Shown here piece after piece: positions 20,291 to 30,616 of a stretch of 64,000 nucleotides of DNA. Every line of letters begins with the position of its first letter. Position 1 is the stretch's first letter. The notes under the pieces were generated by a model that saw nothing but the letters and a program-made list of their open reading frames with translations, had not been told where the DNA came from and ran no database searches. Both the position numbers and the translations under genes were made by a program. Origin of the DNA: Pelagomonas calceolata (taxonomy: Eukaryota); contig CAKKNE010000002.1 in NCBI GenBank assembly GCA_918797485.1, forward strand, positions 4,836,001-4,900,000, read 5' to 3'.

Positions 20291-21595
20291 ATGACCTGGC
20301 AGTGGAGGGACGGCACTGCCTGGAGAGACTTCGACCCCGGCCTCGCCGCGCAGCTGGAGCGCGCCCGGGAAGCGGGGCAGGCGACTTGCGTCTACTCCTT
20401 CCGCGGCCAGCCCTACGAGGTCGACTTCCAGCAGAATACGCAGGTGAACAAGAACACCGGCTTCGCGCGCGACGTCCGCCGTGTTTACCCTTCCTCCCCC
20501 GCGCACGCCGAGCCGGCCGTGAGCGGACGGATGGGGTTTTTATATGATGCGCGAGAAGATCTCAAAGCCGGCCTACGTACGGAAACGGGAAAGAAAATCA
20601 GCACGAGCGCCGCCTGCGGCTGCTGCCTCCTGCTCTTTATCAACCTCATCATCTGGCTCTCGATGTCGCTGCAGCAGGTCGACTCGGAGCACTACGTCCC
20701 GCGCCAGCGTCCCGGAGCTATTGGGCCCTCTGCGCCTCGCTCTACTCCCCGGCCCCCACGCACGCAGGCGATCCCCTACAACAAGCCCACGGGCCGCGTC
20801 CGGAACGAGGTCTTCGTCGAAGGGCTGCACCTCAAGCCGTCCTACGGCGAATTCATATTGTGGCCCAAGACGTATGAAACGGTGGAAGAGGTCGTCGAGT
20901 GCAACTCGGAGGACGGCGTGCGGGTCGAGCTGACGGTGCGCTACCAGTACCTACCGCGGGAGAAGAGCCTCTACAAGCTCACGAAGATGTACACGGAGCA
21001 CAAAGATGATTCGGATTCGGAGTTCGAGTACATCTACGACAAGGTATTGGCGTGGCAGGCGCGCGCGGCCATCCGGAACGGCTGCGCGAAGTACGCGGCC
21101 CAGGAATTCCAGACGCAGCGCGGCCTCGTCCAGACCGAGATCTACACGTTGGTGTCGGAGCGCTTAGACCGGTTCATGCACACGGACGTCATCGACGTCC
21201 AGCTCGTCTACATCAAGCGGCCGCCCGAGTACGAGTCCGAGGTCGACGCCAAGGAGTCGGCGCGCAACGACATCGACAAGGCCAACAACGAGCGCGCGCA
21301 AGCCATCACGCAGGCCCAGACGAAGCTCCTGGCCGCCGAGACGGCCGCGAACAAGACGCTGGACACGGCGCGGACCGCGGCCCAGAACACGCTCGTCGCG
21401 GCGACGGCCGAGGCCAGCGTGCTCACGACGCGCTACGCGACGCTCGCGGCGACCTACAAGAACGTGAAGACGATCCACGGCATGTCCAACGAGGCCCTCC
21501 TGACCTACATCGCGACGCGCCTGCGGGGGTCCGTGGCCGCGACGATCAGCCTCGACGGGCCGGCGCAGACGTCGTACATCGACGAGCTCACGTGA
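20291..21595 (+). CDS. WWE domain-TM-SPFH/Band-7 protein; probable in-frame intron 20696-20767
   Basis: WQWRDGTAWRDF..YEVDFQQNTQVNKNTGFARDVRR (WWE); EGLHLKP, SEDGVRVELTVRYQY, AAIRN, DVQLVYI (SPFH). Confidence 0.82.
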   Translation: MTWQWRDGTAWRDFDPGLAAQLERAREAGQATCVYSFRGQPYEVDFQQNTQVNKNTGFARDVRRVYPSSPAHAEPAVSGRMGFLYDAREDLKAGLRTETGKKISTSAACGCCLLLFINLIIWLSMSLQQVDSEHYVPRQRPGAIGPSAPRSTPRPPRTQAIPYNKPTGRVRNEVFVEGLHLKPSYGEFILWPKTYETVEEVVECNSEDGVRVELTVRYQYLPREKSLYKLTKMYTEHKDDSDSEFEYIYDKVLAWQARAAIRNGCAKYAAQEFQTQRGLVQTEIYTLVSERLDRFMHTDVIDVQLVYIKRPPEYESEVDAKESARNDIDKANNERAQAITQAQTKLLAAETAANKTLDTARTAAQNTLVAATAEASVLTTRYATLAATYKNVKTIHGMSNEALLTYIATRLRGSVAATISLDGPAQTSYIDELT

Positions 21596-21963
21596 CTTTT
21601 TTTTCCGAGTAACCTTTCCTCTTACAACCACTATGCGAGCTTGTAGTCACAATGTAGTGGCCCTGGGGCGCGGCCGCTTCGATTTTTTTTCGGCGACCTC
21701 TCCATATCTCTCACAGCGATCGAGCGAGCTCCCCGGCGACGCATCCGAGCCACGAGAGGGCCGAGGGCTAGTAGATTATAGGCTAGTAGCCCATGTTTTA
21801 AATCAGGTGAACGTCTCGTAAAGGGCTGTGCAGCTAGAGCCGGTCGAGTCGCTTGCACCGACGTGCGGTCGACAGCGCGCGGCCGTCCATCGGGTTCTCC
21901 TGCGCCGCTGCGCCGGCTGCCCCACGAAGCGCGCGACGTCGTTTTGCTGCCCACAGAGCCACC

Positions 21964-24171
21964 ATGCCCTCGACAGCGCGCCTAGGCAGAGGCGAAAGCA
22001 CAATGAAGCGCCGCGACGAGAATCGAGTGGGAGAGACCGTCACGGAGCTGTTCGGTAACGAAGACCTCGACGCTCAAACTGCTTTAAAGTTGGAAGCCCT
22101 GGCGGCGCTCCACGAGCGCAAGGTCGGAGCCCTCATGAAGAGCATCAGCGCCCAGAAAGAAGAGCTCGCGAAGCTCAAGGCGGCGTCCAGGGAGCATAGA
22201 CGGTCCCAACTCATCCAGGATTTGAGGAATCAAGTGCGCGAGCAGGAGTTGGCCGTTGATGTGCTCAAAGAAGCCCTAGTCGAAGGGCCGCGCGGCCAAC
22301 TGACCCAGGAGGCGGTCAACGAGCTTGTTATATTACGAACGCTGGGCGGGCCGAAGCGCTTCCGACCTAAAACCAGAGAAGAGTTGCAGAACGAGTTGCT
22401 GCACAAGCCGGCGGTTGTCAAGCGGACGATTCGGAGGAGGGAAGCGAAGCCGACGCGCGCCTGGGAGCCCCAGCCTACGCGGACGCCCATCGCCGAGGAG
22501 AAGGAGTGCAAGGGTTCTGAAACTCCAAGAGTGTTGCGGGATACTGGGGACCAACCAGAGGGGTTGCCCTCCGCGGCTCACCTCCGAGAATTAGCCGAGG
22601 CGTCCGCGAAAGCAGAACAAGCGGAAGTTGCAGTGGCGAGAGCCGATCTACGCGTCGCGGAGTTACAGAGAGAGCTGGATGCGTTGCGGGCCGAGAAATT
22701 TGCGGCGGAACGAAAAGTCGACGACCTCCAGGACGACGCGTCCCGCGCCGAGGACCTGCGACGAAGGTTGGAGGAGACGCGGCGGCAGGTCAGCGAGGCG
22801 GAACGGGACTGCGCGCGCGCTGCTGGCGAGCGGGACGCCTTGCAGCTCGAATTGGAGCATGCTCGCGCTAGCAACGACGCGGATATCCACGCCCTCAAAG
22901 CGGACCTCGACGCGGCCAAGGAGGAGCTCGCCGCTGCTTTATCGCAGGAGGCCGAGTTGCAGGCCCAGTGTCGGCTCGAAAGAGAGCGGGCCTCCGGTGC
23001 TACTTCTTCGGTCAAGTCGGAGGCCTCGGCCCTTCGTAAGGAACTAGCGACGGCGGAACGGCAACTCAAGGAATCGGAGCGATCCAATGATAAATTAAGA
23101 AGGCAACTCGAGAAGGCGGAATCTGACTGCAAGTCGGAACGGGAAGCCCTGCAGCGGGACATGAAACGGGCCCGAAATGCTGAGAGGGAGGCTGCTAGGA
23201 AGGAAGTGCGGGAGCTCGAGGTGAGAGCGTCGCAAGAAAAACGGGAGCTTGAGGTGAGAGCGTCGCAGGAGCAGGATAAAGCTAGGAAAGTTTCGGATAA
23301 CGACGCGGTGTCTGCGGCCAAGGCCGAGCTGCTCCAGCAGCACGTCGACGCCTTACGGGATGAATTACGACGTAAGGATGATGATATGGCGGATCAGAGA
23401 GCCACGTCAGACGCCGAGCGCCAGGCCCTCCAAGAAAAGTGCAACGCGCTCGAGGTCGAGCTCGAAAAATGTCGAGGCCAGGCTTCTTTAGACGTGCAGG
23501 CCGCCGAACGACGGGCGGACTCGCTGGCGAAGGAGGCGCGGGCGCTGCAGGCTCGGGCGGACCGGCTCGAGGAGCTCGGCGGTAACAGGAGGAGGAAGCC
23601 GGCGGCGTCGTCGTCCTCCTCGTCGTCGAAGACGCCGCGGTCCGACGACGACGACGACGAGGAGCTCTACCATACGCGCGCGGCGCTCGCCGCCCATATG
23701 CGACTGGCGGACGCGTATGCCAACCAGCATGCTTTGCAACAGGTTCCTGATGACAGAGCCGAGCAATTGAATGAAAGGGTCCTGGCTCGAGCTCGGAGGG
23801 ACCTGGAGAAGGCCTTAGCTGGGTCTAGGCCTCTGGGCGCGTTCTACTCGAGGATGTTGGAAAGAATTGAATCGAAATCCTCAACAGTACCTCTATCGCG
23901 GAACAAGGGCGGCCCACCGCCACGACCTAAACCGCAGTCCCAGAAGCGCGAGCAGCGCATCCACCACGGCCGGGGCACGCACGCGGCCATGGTCGACGGC
24001 ACGCCGCCTCCCGATTTGGCGCGGCTCGAGATTAGAGGAGGCCACCGGTCGTCGTCCTCCGAATCAGGATCATTGGATGACCGCTTCGACGTCGACGACG
24101 ACCACCTCGACTACTCGCAGTCGTCGGTCAGCGCGAAGTCTAGTCGTACGTACGACCCGGACGCGCGTTAG
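21964..24171 (+). CDS. Long coiled-coil protein (start uncertain)
   Basis: Over 700-codon ORF, heptad-rich in E/K/R/A/L. Confidence 0.75.
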   Translation: MPSTARLGRGESTMKRRDENRVGETVTELFGNEDLDAQTALKLEALAALHERKVGALMKSISAQKEELAKLKAASREHRRSQLIQDLRNQVREQELAVDVLKEALVEGPRGQLTQEAVNELVILRTLGGPKRFRPKTREELQNELLHKPAVVKRTIRRREAKPTRAWEPQPTRTPIAEEKECKGSETPRVLRDTGDQPEGLPSAAHLRELAEASAKAEQAEVAVARADLRVAELQRELDALRAEKFAAERKVDDLQDDASRAEDLRRRLEETRRQVSEAERDCARAAGERDALQLELEHARASNDADIHALKADLDAAKEELAAALSQEAELQAQCRLERERASGATSSVKSEASALRKELATAERQLKESERSNDKLRRQLEKAESDCKSEREALQRDMKRARNAEREAARKEVRELEVRASQEKRELEVRASQEQDKARKVSDNDAVSAAKAELLQQHVDALRDELRRKDDDMADQRATSDAERQALQEKCNALEVELEKCRGQASLDVQAAERRADSLAKEARALQARADRLEELGGNRRRKPAASSSSSSSKTPRSDDDDDEELYHTRAALAAHMRLADAYANQHALQQVPDDRAEQLNERVLARARRDLEKALAGSRPLGAFYSRMLERIESKSSTVPLSRNKGGPPPRPKPQSQKREQRIHHGRGTHAAMVDGTPPPDLARLEIRGGHRSSSSESGSLDDRFDVDDDHLDYSQSSVSAKSSRTYDPDAR

Positions 24172-24419
24172 AGGTCTCCTGCGTAATCATTGAGGGATAG
24201 TATTCCTGCTCGGTGGCGTGGCGGTCCACGGAGGTCTCCTGGGAACCCCGACGGCGTGGAATCGATAGGTCAAGTATACCTGCGGTATAAGTACCATACC
24301 ACGGTACCGGTACACCGCATTTTCGTAATTCACGAGGCTCAAACTCGCTGCGCAACGTCACAAATTTCAGCGCGACGCGTCGACAGCAGCCCGAATTTGA
24401 ACGCGCGCATAACAGCGTG

Positions 24420-25379
24420 ATGAGGCTGCCCGAAACTGATGATGAGGCAGAAGACAGGCGCAAGGACATCCGAAGAAGGTACAAAGACGCCGGCAAGCGG
24501 CTGCGCAGCTTTGCAAGATATGGTGACCTGGCATCGGTGTTGCAGCTCTTGCCCGAAGGCGTGTACGCGTTCTGCGCAGGGTCGCACCCGCGGCTTGGCG
24601 CCGCCTCGCCAGTGCGCCTCTTGCCGCGGCCGCTGGTGAAGGTTATAGCGCGCTTCGCTCACGAGAAGATCGACATAAACGCGGCCGACGACCGCCAGGG
24701 TCTAAGTCGTGGCGGGACGGCGTTGCATCAAGCGTGCGAGGACGGCCACGTAGAAGTTGCGAAGGCGCTCATCCGCAACGGAGCCGATATTAACGCCATG
24801 AGGTACCTCGACGAGACCGTGCTGATGGCCGCGTGCGCGGCGCGGCGCGGAACACATGGTTTTCAACGCCCGGATCTAGACACGGCGCGACTCATTTTGG
24901 AATCTGGAGCGGACGTCAATCTTGGGAGTCCGCTGTTCAATGCAGCCTTTTGCAATCACGTCGACGTCGTCCGACTGCTCCTGGAGTTTCGTGCCGAGGT
25001 CGACCGGCGGAACAGGTGGGGCACGACCCCTCTCATCGCGGCCGCGAAGGAGGGGCACGACGAGTGCGTGCGCGTCCTCCTGGACGCGGGCGCCGCTGTA
25101 GACGGGAGCGAGGAGACGGGCAGGCGCGCGCTGTACTACGCGTGTTACGAGGGCTATACGTCGACGGCGCAGCTCCTCCTCGCCCGCGGCGCCGACGTCT
25201 CCGCGAGCAATGGCAGAGACCCCTTCCGCCCCGTTTTCCGGGCAATTACGTACGACAAAGATAAACGAAAAATTGGCGAGGCCCTCCTCGCGACGATGCG
25301 GGCCCGCACCGCGCGCCTCGAAGCCGAGAATGCTGAGCTCAAGTCGCGGCTCGCGCGCTACGAGACTAACAATGCGTAG
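24420..25379 (+). CDS. Ankyrin-repeat protein
   Basis: GTALHQACEDGHVEVAKALIRNGADIN, GTTPLIAAAKEGHDECVRVLLDAGA. Confidence 0.9.
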   Translation: MRLPETDDEAEDRRKDIRRRYKDAGKRLRSFARYGDLASVLQLLPEGVYAFCAGSHPRLGAASPVRLLPRPLVKVIARFAHEKIDINAADDRQGLSRGGTALHQACEDGHVEVAKALIRNGADINAMRYLDETVLMAACAARRGTHGFQRPDLDTARLILESGADVNLGSPLFNAAFCNHVDVVRLLLEFRAEVDRRNRWGTTPLIAAAKEGHDECVRVLLDAGAAVDGSEETGRRALYYACYEGYTSTAQLLLARGADVSASNGRDPFRPVFRAITYDKDKRKIGEALLATMRARTARLEAENAELKSRLARYETNNA

Positions 25380-25475
25380 TAGACTCACAATAACCACCCG
25401 GCCGACGCGGGTCTGCGTGACCGCACGCCGGCCCGAGACGACACCGAGAAGGAGGGATATATTACCCGGGGAGAC

Positions 25476-26969
25476 CTAATCCAACATCGCCGGCAAGCCA
25501 GCCTGCCCCCGCAATCTTTCGGCGACCATGAACGCGATCTCGAGCGCCTGCGCCGAGTTCAGCCGCGGGTCGCAGTGCGTCAGGTACTTCGTGTCCAAGC
25601 CTCTTGGGCCGTCCACCGTCACGGCGTTCATGTCGCCGCCCACACACTCGGTGACGTCTTTCCCCGTCATCTCGAGGTGAATCCCGCCCGCGTGCGTCCC
25701 GCACTGCTCGTGGACGTCGAAGAAGGCCTGGATCTCGGCCTTGATCGCCGCCACGTCTCGCGTCTTGAAGCCGTTGCTGGACGTGTAGGTGTTGCCGTGG
25801 ACGGGGTCGCAGACCCACAAGGCGGCCCTTCCTTCGGCCTTGACCCTGTTTAATACAGAAGGTAAATGTTCTCGAAGTTTGTCGGCGGACATGCGCGTGA
25901 TCAACGTGACCTTGCCCGGCACGTTCTTCGGGTTGAACGTGTCCAGGATCTCGATGACGTCGTCGGGCGAGGCCTTGTCGCTAATCTTCACGCCGACCGG
26001 ATTCTGGATGCCGCGCACGAACTCGAAGTGCGCGAGACCCGGCTGTCTCGTCCGCTCGCCGACCCAGAGCAAATGCGCAGAACAGTCGTACCACCTGCCT
26101 GTGGTAGAGTCCTCCCTAGTCATCGCCTGCTCGTAAGGCAGCAGAAGACACTCGTGGGCCGTGTAGAAGTTGGACTGCGTGAACTCCGGGGTGGTCGTGT
26201 CCACGCCGATGGCCCTCATAAAGCGCAAAGACTCTTCGACCTTCGTCGCGAGCCTTCTATATTGAGACCCCTGTTGCGTCTGCTCGACGAAGTCCAGGTT
26301 CCAGTTGTGTAAACGCGACAGATCGGCGTAGCCGCCGGTAGAAAAGGCCCGCAAGATGTTCAGCGTCTGGGCGCACTGGTGGTAGGCCTTGACCATCCTA
26401 CTCGGATTCGGTTCTCGGGCTTCGGCCGTAAACTTGTCCTCATTAATATTGTCGCCCTGGTAGGACGGTAGAGTGACGCCATCTATCGTCTCGGTCGACG
26501 ACGAGCGAGGCTTGGCGAACTGGCCCGCCATGCGCCCGATCTTGATGACGGGCTGGCCGCCGCCATAGGTGCAGATCAGGGCCATCTGTAAGATAACTCT
26601 GAAGGTGTCTCTCACATGATCTACCGAGAACTCGTCAAAGGATTCCGCACAATCACCGCCAAAAATGACAAACCCGTCACCCTTGCAGGCTCGGCCGAGG
26701 TCGGACATGAGCGTGCGTACTTCTCCCGCGAACACTAATGGGGCACTACCGGCGAGTTCCTCCTCCGCTTTTCGGAGTTTTTCTTCATCATATTTGGGGA
26801 TCTGCTTCGCCTCGTAGTTTCTCCACGAACCGGGGCTCCAGGGCGCGTCGACGGGGCTCGCGAGGACCGATCTCGCGGTGAGGGGCTTCGTGGCGGGCTG
26901 CGGCGCTAGCAAGGCCGCGGCGGAGCTCACCGACGCGGCGGCGAGGAGGGGACGCCTGAGCTTCACCAT
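25476..26969 (-). CDS. DHS: Class II DAHP synthase, plastid-targeted
   Basis: GGDCAESF, GRMAGQFAKPRS, LWVGERTRQ, CDPVHGNT, GIHLEMTG, CDPRLN; bipartite peptide. Confidence 0.95.
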   Translation of the reverse strand: MVKLRRPLLAAASVSSAAALLAPQPATKPLTARSVLASPVDAPWSPGSWRNYEAKQIPKYDEEKLRKAEEELAGSAPLVFAGEVRTLMSDLGRACKGDGFVIFGGDCAESFDEFSVDHVRDTFRVILQMALICTYGGGQPVIKIGRMAGQFAKPRSSSTETIDGVTLPSYQGDNINEDKFTAEAREPNPSRMVKAYHQCAQTLNILRAFSTGGYADLSRLHNWNLDFVEQTQQGSQYRRLATKVEESLRFMRAIGVDTTTPEFTQSNFYTAHECLLLPYEQAMTREDSTTGRWYDCSAHLLWVGERTRQPGLAHFEFVRGIQNPVGVKISDKASPDDVIEILDTFNPKNVPGKVTLITRMSADKLREHLPSVLNRVKAEGRAALWVCDPVHGNTYTSSNGFKTRDVAAIKAEIQAFFDVHEQCGTHAGGIHLEMTGKDVTECVGGDMNAVTVDGPRGLDTKYLTHCDPRLNSAQALEIAFMVAERLRGQAGLPAMLD

Positions 26970-27163
26970 CCTGGGCTTCTTGCGGCAATTTGCCGCTGGC
27001 CTCAAAGAGGGTTTCTTTTGGCCGGCGGGGGCCGCGGCGACGCGGTTTTTCGTCCTCGGCGCTGGAGTTGGTCTACAGGCTCGCACTGAAGCTGCCAGGT
27101 AGTGCTCAAACAAGCTCAACCAGGCGAACAGGGGCCGAAGGCGTGATCGATGAAATTGCCGTC

Positions 27164-27185
27164 GCTAGTGTGTCGATACGCTAAC
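27164..27185 (-). promoter_or_regulatory. Variant CTAG-box (TATCGACACACTAGC subtype)
   Basis: GTTAGCGTATCGACACACTAGC on minus strand; near-match to 54808-54829. Confidence 0.45.
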
Positions 27186-27303
27186 GCCCGGTTCAGACTT
27201 CGACGGCCCCAGACGCAAGTCGATGCTCGCCGGTCGGGCTAATCATGACTATAGGGTGATTCACTAACAATTTAAGACGGACGGGACGGACGCGGCCGAC
27301 GGC

Positions 27304-29604
27304 TCAGAACCCCTGCCCCGGAAAGCCGCCCGGGAACTGCTGCTGCTGCATGTTCATCTGCGGCGGGAAGCCCTGCTGCTGCGGCGGCGGGAAGCCCGGT
27401 TGTTGCTGGAATCCCTGCTGCGGTTGGCCGCCGAACGCGCCTCCAAACTGCTGCGGCGGGAAAGCCTGTTGCTGCTGCTGAGGGAAGCCGCCCGGCTGCT
27501 GTTGAGGATAGCCCTGCTGCGGCGGGAAGCCCTGCTGCTGCTGAGGATAACCCTGCTGCGGATAACCCGATTGCTGCTGTACAAACTGCGGCTGCTGCTG
27601 GGCATAACCCTGCTGGAAGCCCATGGCCGGCTGTTGCACTTGGGGCCAATCCAGCGTCGGCGGCGGCGCCGCGGCGCCCGCGTTGTAGTCGGGCACGAAC
27701 TTCTCCAACCGTTGGGCGTCCGTCTGTCTTTCCGCACCCGTCGAGTCGAGCTGGATCGAATAATAGGGAGGATCGCCGGCGTCCCAGTGGACCTTGAGGA
27801 CCGTCGCCTTCTCGGGTGGTAAAGTGGAGCCCTTGGGCGGCTTGTAGAGGACGCGGTCGTTCGGTTGAAACGGGGCGGTCTTGCCGTTGCTGTTGGCCGA
27901 GACCCCACCGCCCGTGAGCTCGGCGAAGGGGTCCGCGGACGCCTTTTGTGAGGACGCTGGCGGCGGCGAGGCGGGCACGAGGACGTGCGCCGCCTCCGTC
28001 GTGCGCGTGGACCCGTTTGTTAAGGTAACGGTGTAGTAGGGCTCGGCGGCGTCCGTGTGGACCGTCGTGACCGTGCACTGTTCAATTTTGCCCATCATCT
28101 CGTAGTAAGCTTTGGACCCTTGCGTCGGCGGCGTCTTTGTTAGTTCGGTGACGGACGGCACGACGCGTTGCGCGTCGTTGCGGCCCTTCACTAGTATTCC
28201 GGAGCCCTGGGCCTGGAGGATGGTGACCTTCTCCAGCGCACCGTTCGGCGCCGCCGCTAGAGCTATTGAGCCGGGCGCCGGGCCCACGGGCGCTGAAGCG
28301 GGCGCCGAAGCGTTCCAGGAGCCCGACGGCGACGCGCGCGTCTGGGGGGGCGGCGCCATCATGCTTGATGGAGACGGCATGGCGTTGGAAACCGGGGGCG
28401 CGGCCATGGCGCTCCACGAGCCCGAGGGCGAGTTGCGCGTCTGTGGAGCCATCGCGCCCGCTGCCGGCGGCGCGGCCATCGCGAAGGAGCCGGAGGGCGA
28501 CGCGCGTGTCGGCGCCGTCGGCGGCGAGGGCATCGCCATGGCCGGCGCGCCGTTCGGCGACCCCTGGGGCGGCGGCGTCAGGCTCCAGGACCCCGCAGGC
28601 GACGGCCGCGTCGGCGGCGAGCCGGGCAGCGCGGCCTGGACCGGGGCCATCGCGAACGGGTCCGCGGCCGGCGCGGCGAACGGGTCCGCGGCCGCTGGTG
28701 GCGACGCGAAGGGGTCCGGCGCGGCCGCGGGCGGCGCCGGCGCGCCGGGCGGCGGCGCCAGCGCGAAGGCCGGCTGCGCGGCGGGCGCGGCGGGCGGCGG
28801 CGCCAGCGCGAACGGCTGCGCGGCCGGCGGCGGCGCCAGGGCGACGGCCGGCTGGGACGCGGGCGGCGCGGCGAAGGCGTCTCCAAAAAGATCCGGGGCG
28901 CTCGGCGGCGGCTGCGCCTGGAGCCGGGCGTTCTCTGCTCTTAAACGAGCGATCTCGGCGTCGCGCGCGTCCGTCGGCGCGGCGGCGCGCGGCGCCACAT
29001 TAAACTGGGGCGCCGGCGCCGCCGCGGCGCCGCGGTGCGTCGTCGCGAAGCCCTGGGGCTCGGGAGTGCCCTTCTTCTTGGCGCCGAACGAGATGGAGAT
29101 GCGGCGGCGGCCGTCCGCGGGCGGCGCCGGTTTTGGTGGCGCGGGCGGCGGCGCCGCGGCGAAGACTGGTGCTGGTGGAGGCGCCACGGGGCGCGGCGCG
29201 GGGACCGGCGGCGGCGCCGGTTGGCCGCCCGCGACCCAGGCCTTGTCGACGTACTTGCGCGACAGGAACCGTTTTAAAGCTTCGCGCGGCGCGCCCGCCG
29301 GCGGCTCGCCGTCGCTTTGAGACCAGCGCGCGAGCCAAATTTTTCTTGAAGCTTCATTCCCGTGCTGCCGTAAACCTCGCACCTCGTCCGTCTCGAACTC
29401 GGCGAGCGACACGCTCTTCAGCTTGTTGTCGGGAAAGAGCTCGCGGTGCGCGTTCGCGCAGGGCTGGCAGACGAAGGTGCGGAAGGCGATGCAGGCGACG
29501 GTCGGGCCGCGCGCCGCGCAGTCCGCGCAGCGCCGGTTGCCCTCCCGCTTCAGGGCGTCCTTGACGGCGCGCGTGTTGCGGTCTATTGTTTCTTGGGAGG
29601 GCAT
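27304..29604 (-). CDS. ArfGAP (AGFG-like) protein with Pro/Ala-rich linker, DPF motifs and Gln/Pro/Phe tail
   Basis: NRRCADC..TFVCQPC..HRE, VKSVS-like LKSVSL, GNE..W, FLSRKY. Confidence 0.88.
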   Translation of the reverse strand: MPSQETIDRNTRAVKDALKREGNRRCADCAARGPTVACIAFRTFVCQPCANAHRELFPDNKLKSVSLAEFETDEVRGLRQHGNEASRKIWLARWSQSDGEPPAGAPREALKRFLSRKYVDKAWVAGGQPAPPPVPAPRPVAPPPAPVFAAAPPPAPPKPAPPADGRRRISISFGAKKKGTPEPQGFATTHRGAAAAPAPQFNVAPRAAAPTDARDAEIARLRAENARLQAQPPPSAPDLFGDAFAAPPASQPAVALAPPPAAQPFALAPPPAAPAAQPAFALAPPPGAPAPPAAAPDPFASPPAAADPFAAPAADPFAMAPVQAALPGSPPTRPSPAGSWSLTPPPQGSPNGAPAMAMPSPPTAPTRASPSGSFAMAAPPAAGAMAPQTRNSPSGSWSAMAAPPVSNAMPSPSSMMAPPPQTRASPSGSWNASAPASAPVGPAPGSIALAAAPNGALEKVTILQAQGSGILVKGRNDAQRVVPSVTELTKTPPTQGSKAYYEMMGKIEQCTVTTVHTDAAEPYYTVTLTNGSTRTTEAAHVLVPASPPPASSQKASADPFAELTGGGVSANSNGKTAPFQPNDRVLYKPPKGSTLPPEKATVLKVHWDAGDPPYYSIQLDSTGAERQTDAQRLEKFVPDYNAGAAAPPPTLDWPQVQQPAMGFQQGYAQQQPQFVQQQSGYPQQGYPQQQQGFPPQQGYPQQQPGGFPQQQQQAFPPQQFGGAFGGQPQQGFQQQPGFPPPQQQGFPPQMNMQQQQFPGGFPGQGF

Positions 29605-29994
29605 CGCGTCCTGCTTTTTTTGCGGTCGCTTGGCTGGTGTCTTTGGACTGGCTCTCCTTTTAACTGGGGCGCTCGCTTCGCCTTGCGCTCGCGAGTGCGG
29701 GTGCGCGGCGGGAACGTGCGCTTCTGTAAGCGGTGATCCAACCGTGGGCTGTGTAAAACCGCGACCACAGCTTTTTTTTTTGTGGAGCGCTAGTGTGTTA
29801 CAGCCTGCAGGCACGCTAGGTTTTCATATTGCCAGCCGCGGCGCCTCACCAACGAGCGCGTTCCGGCAGTCCCTGACGGCCTCGAGAGATTGATAGCTGC
29901 ACAGCGACAGCCCACAGCGACGAGCAGCTCTCGCACGCACGTATATTTCAAACTAGAGGTCCCGGCCTCACCGCGCAGCCGGACGCCGTAGACC

Positions 29995-30606
29995 ATGGCC
30001 GAGGCCTCCCCCGCGCGGCGCTTACTAGAACAAATAGAACGCTCCTCACGAAACGCGGAAGAGCCAGTCGGCGAGTTCAGCGACGAGGCCATGAGCCAAC
30101 TGAAAGCCGAGTGCGCCAAATTGTATAGCGAAGTCTTGAGACTCATGGACGGCGGCGACGCGCGCGTCGCGGATTTACCGGACGCGACGAAGGCTTCTTT
30201 GGTGGTTCACCACCAGCGCGTCCTGCGGAACAAGGAGTGCGCGCTGTTTTACTTGCGCGAGCGGCTCGAAGTGTTAACTAGATTGCGCTGCGAGGCCGGC
30301 TCCAATCTGCCCCGCAATGTAAGGAGGCACTGCTCGCCCCAGGAGTCGCAGTTCAACGCCGCCTACGACCAGCTGTACCAAGACTTCTGTCGAGCGTCGC
30401 GACTCGATCCTAGAGATTCATTGAAGCCGCCGCGCGATCTATATGTGGAAGTGCGGTGCAACGTCGACTGCGGCGACGTCCAGACCAAGCACTCCGGGAC
30501 GGTGCGCATGGACAAGGGCACGTCGCACTTCCTGCGGCGCGCGGACGTCGAGCAGCTCATCGCCCAGGGCCTGGTCACGCACGTGACGACTGGTGTAGCA
30601 CCCTAA
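29995..30606 (+). CDS. PSF1: GINS complex subunit Psf1
   Basis: LRNKECALFYLRERL, PPRDLYVEVRC, HFLRRADVEQLIAQG. Confidence 0.93.
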   Translation: MAEASPARRLLEQIERSSRNAEEPVGEFSDEAMSQLKAECAKLYSEVLRLMDGGDARVADLPDATKASLVVHHQRVLRNKECALFYLRERLEVLTRLRCEAGSNLPRNVRRHCSPQESQFNAAYDQLYQDFCRASRLDPRDSLKPPRDLYVEVRCNVDCGDVQTKHSGTVRMDKGTSHFLRRADVEQLIAQGLVTHVTTGVAP

Positions 30607-30616
30607 GTTGCTGAAC

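Noticed and set aside
23212..23271. 33-bp tandem duplication (ELEVRASQE x2)
   Set aside because: Ordinary in-frame coiled-coil expansion
27330..27620. CTG/CAG-rich repeats as satellite DNA
   Set aside because: Encode the Gln/Pro/Gly/Phe tail of the ArfGAP
28112..29320. 402-aa plus-strand ORF and other long antisense ORFs (37436-38410, 45934-46848, 56270-57220, 59009-60052)
   Set aside because: Shadow frames of GC-rich genes on the opposite strand with no recognisable motifs
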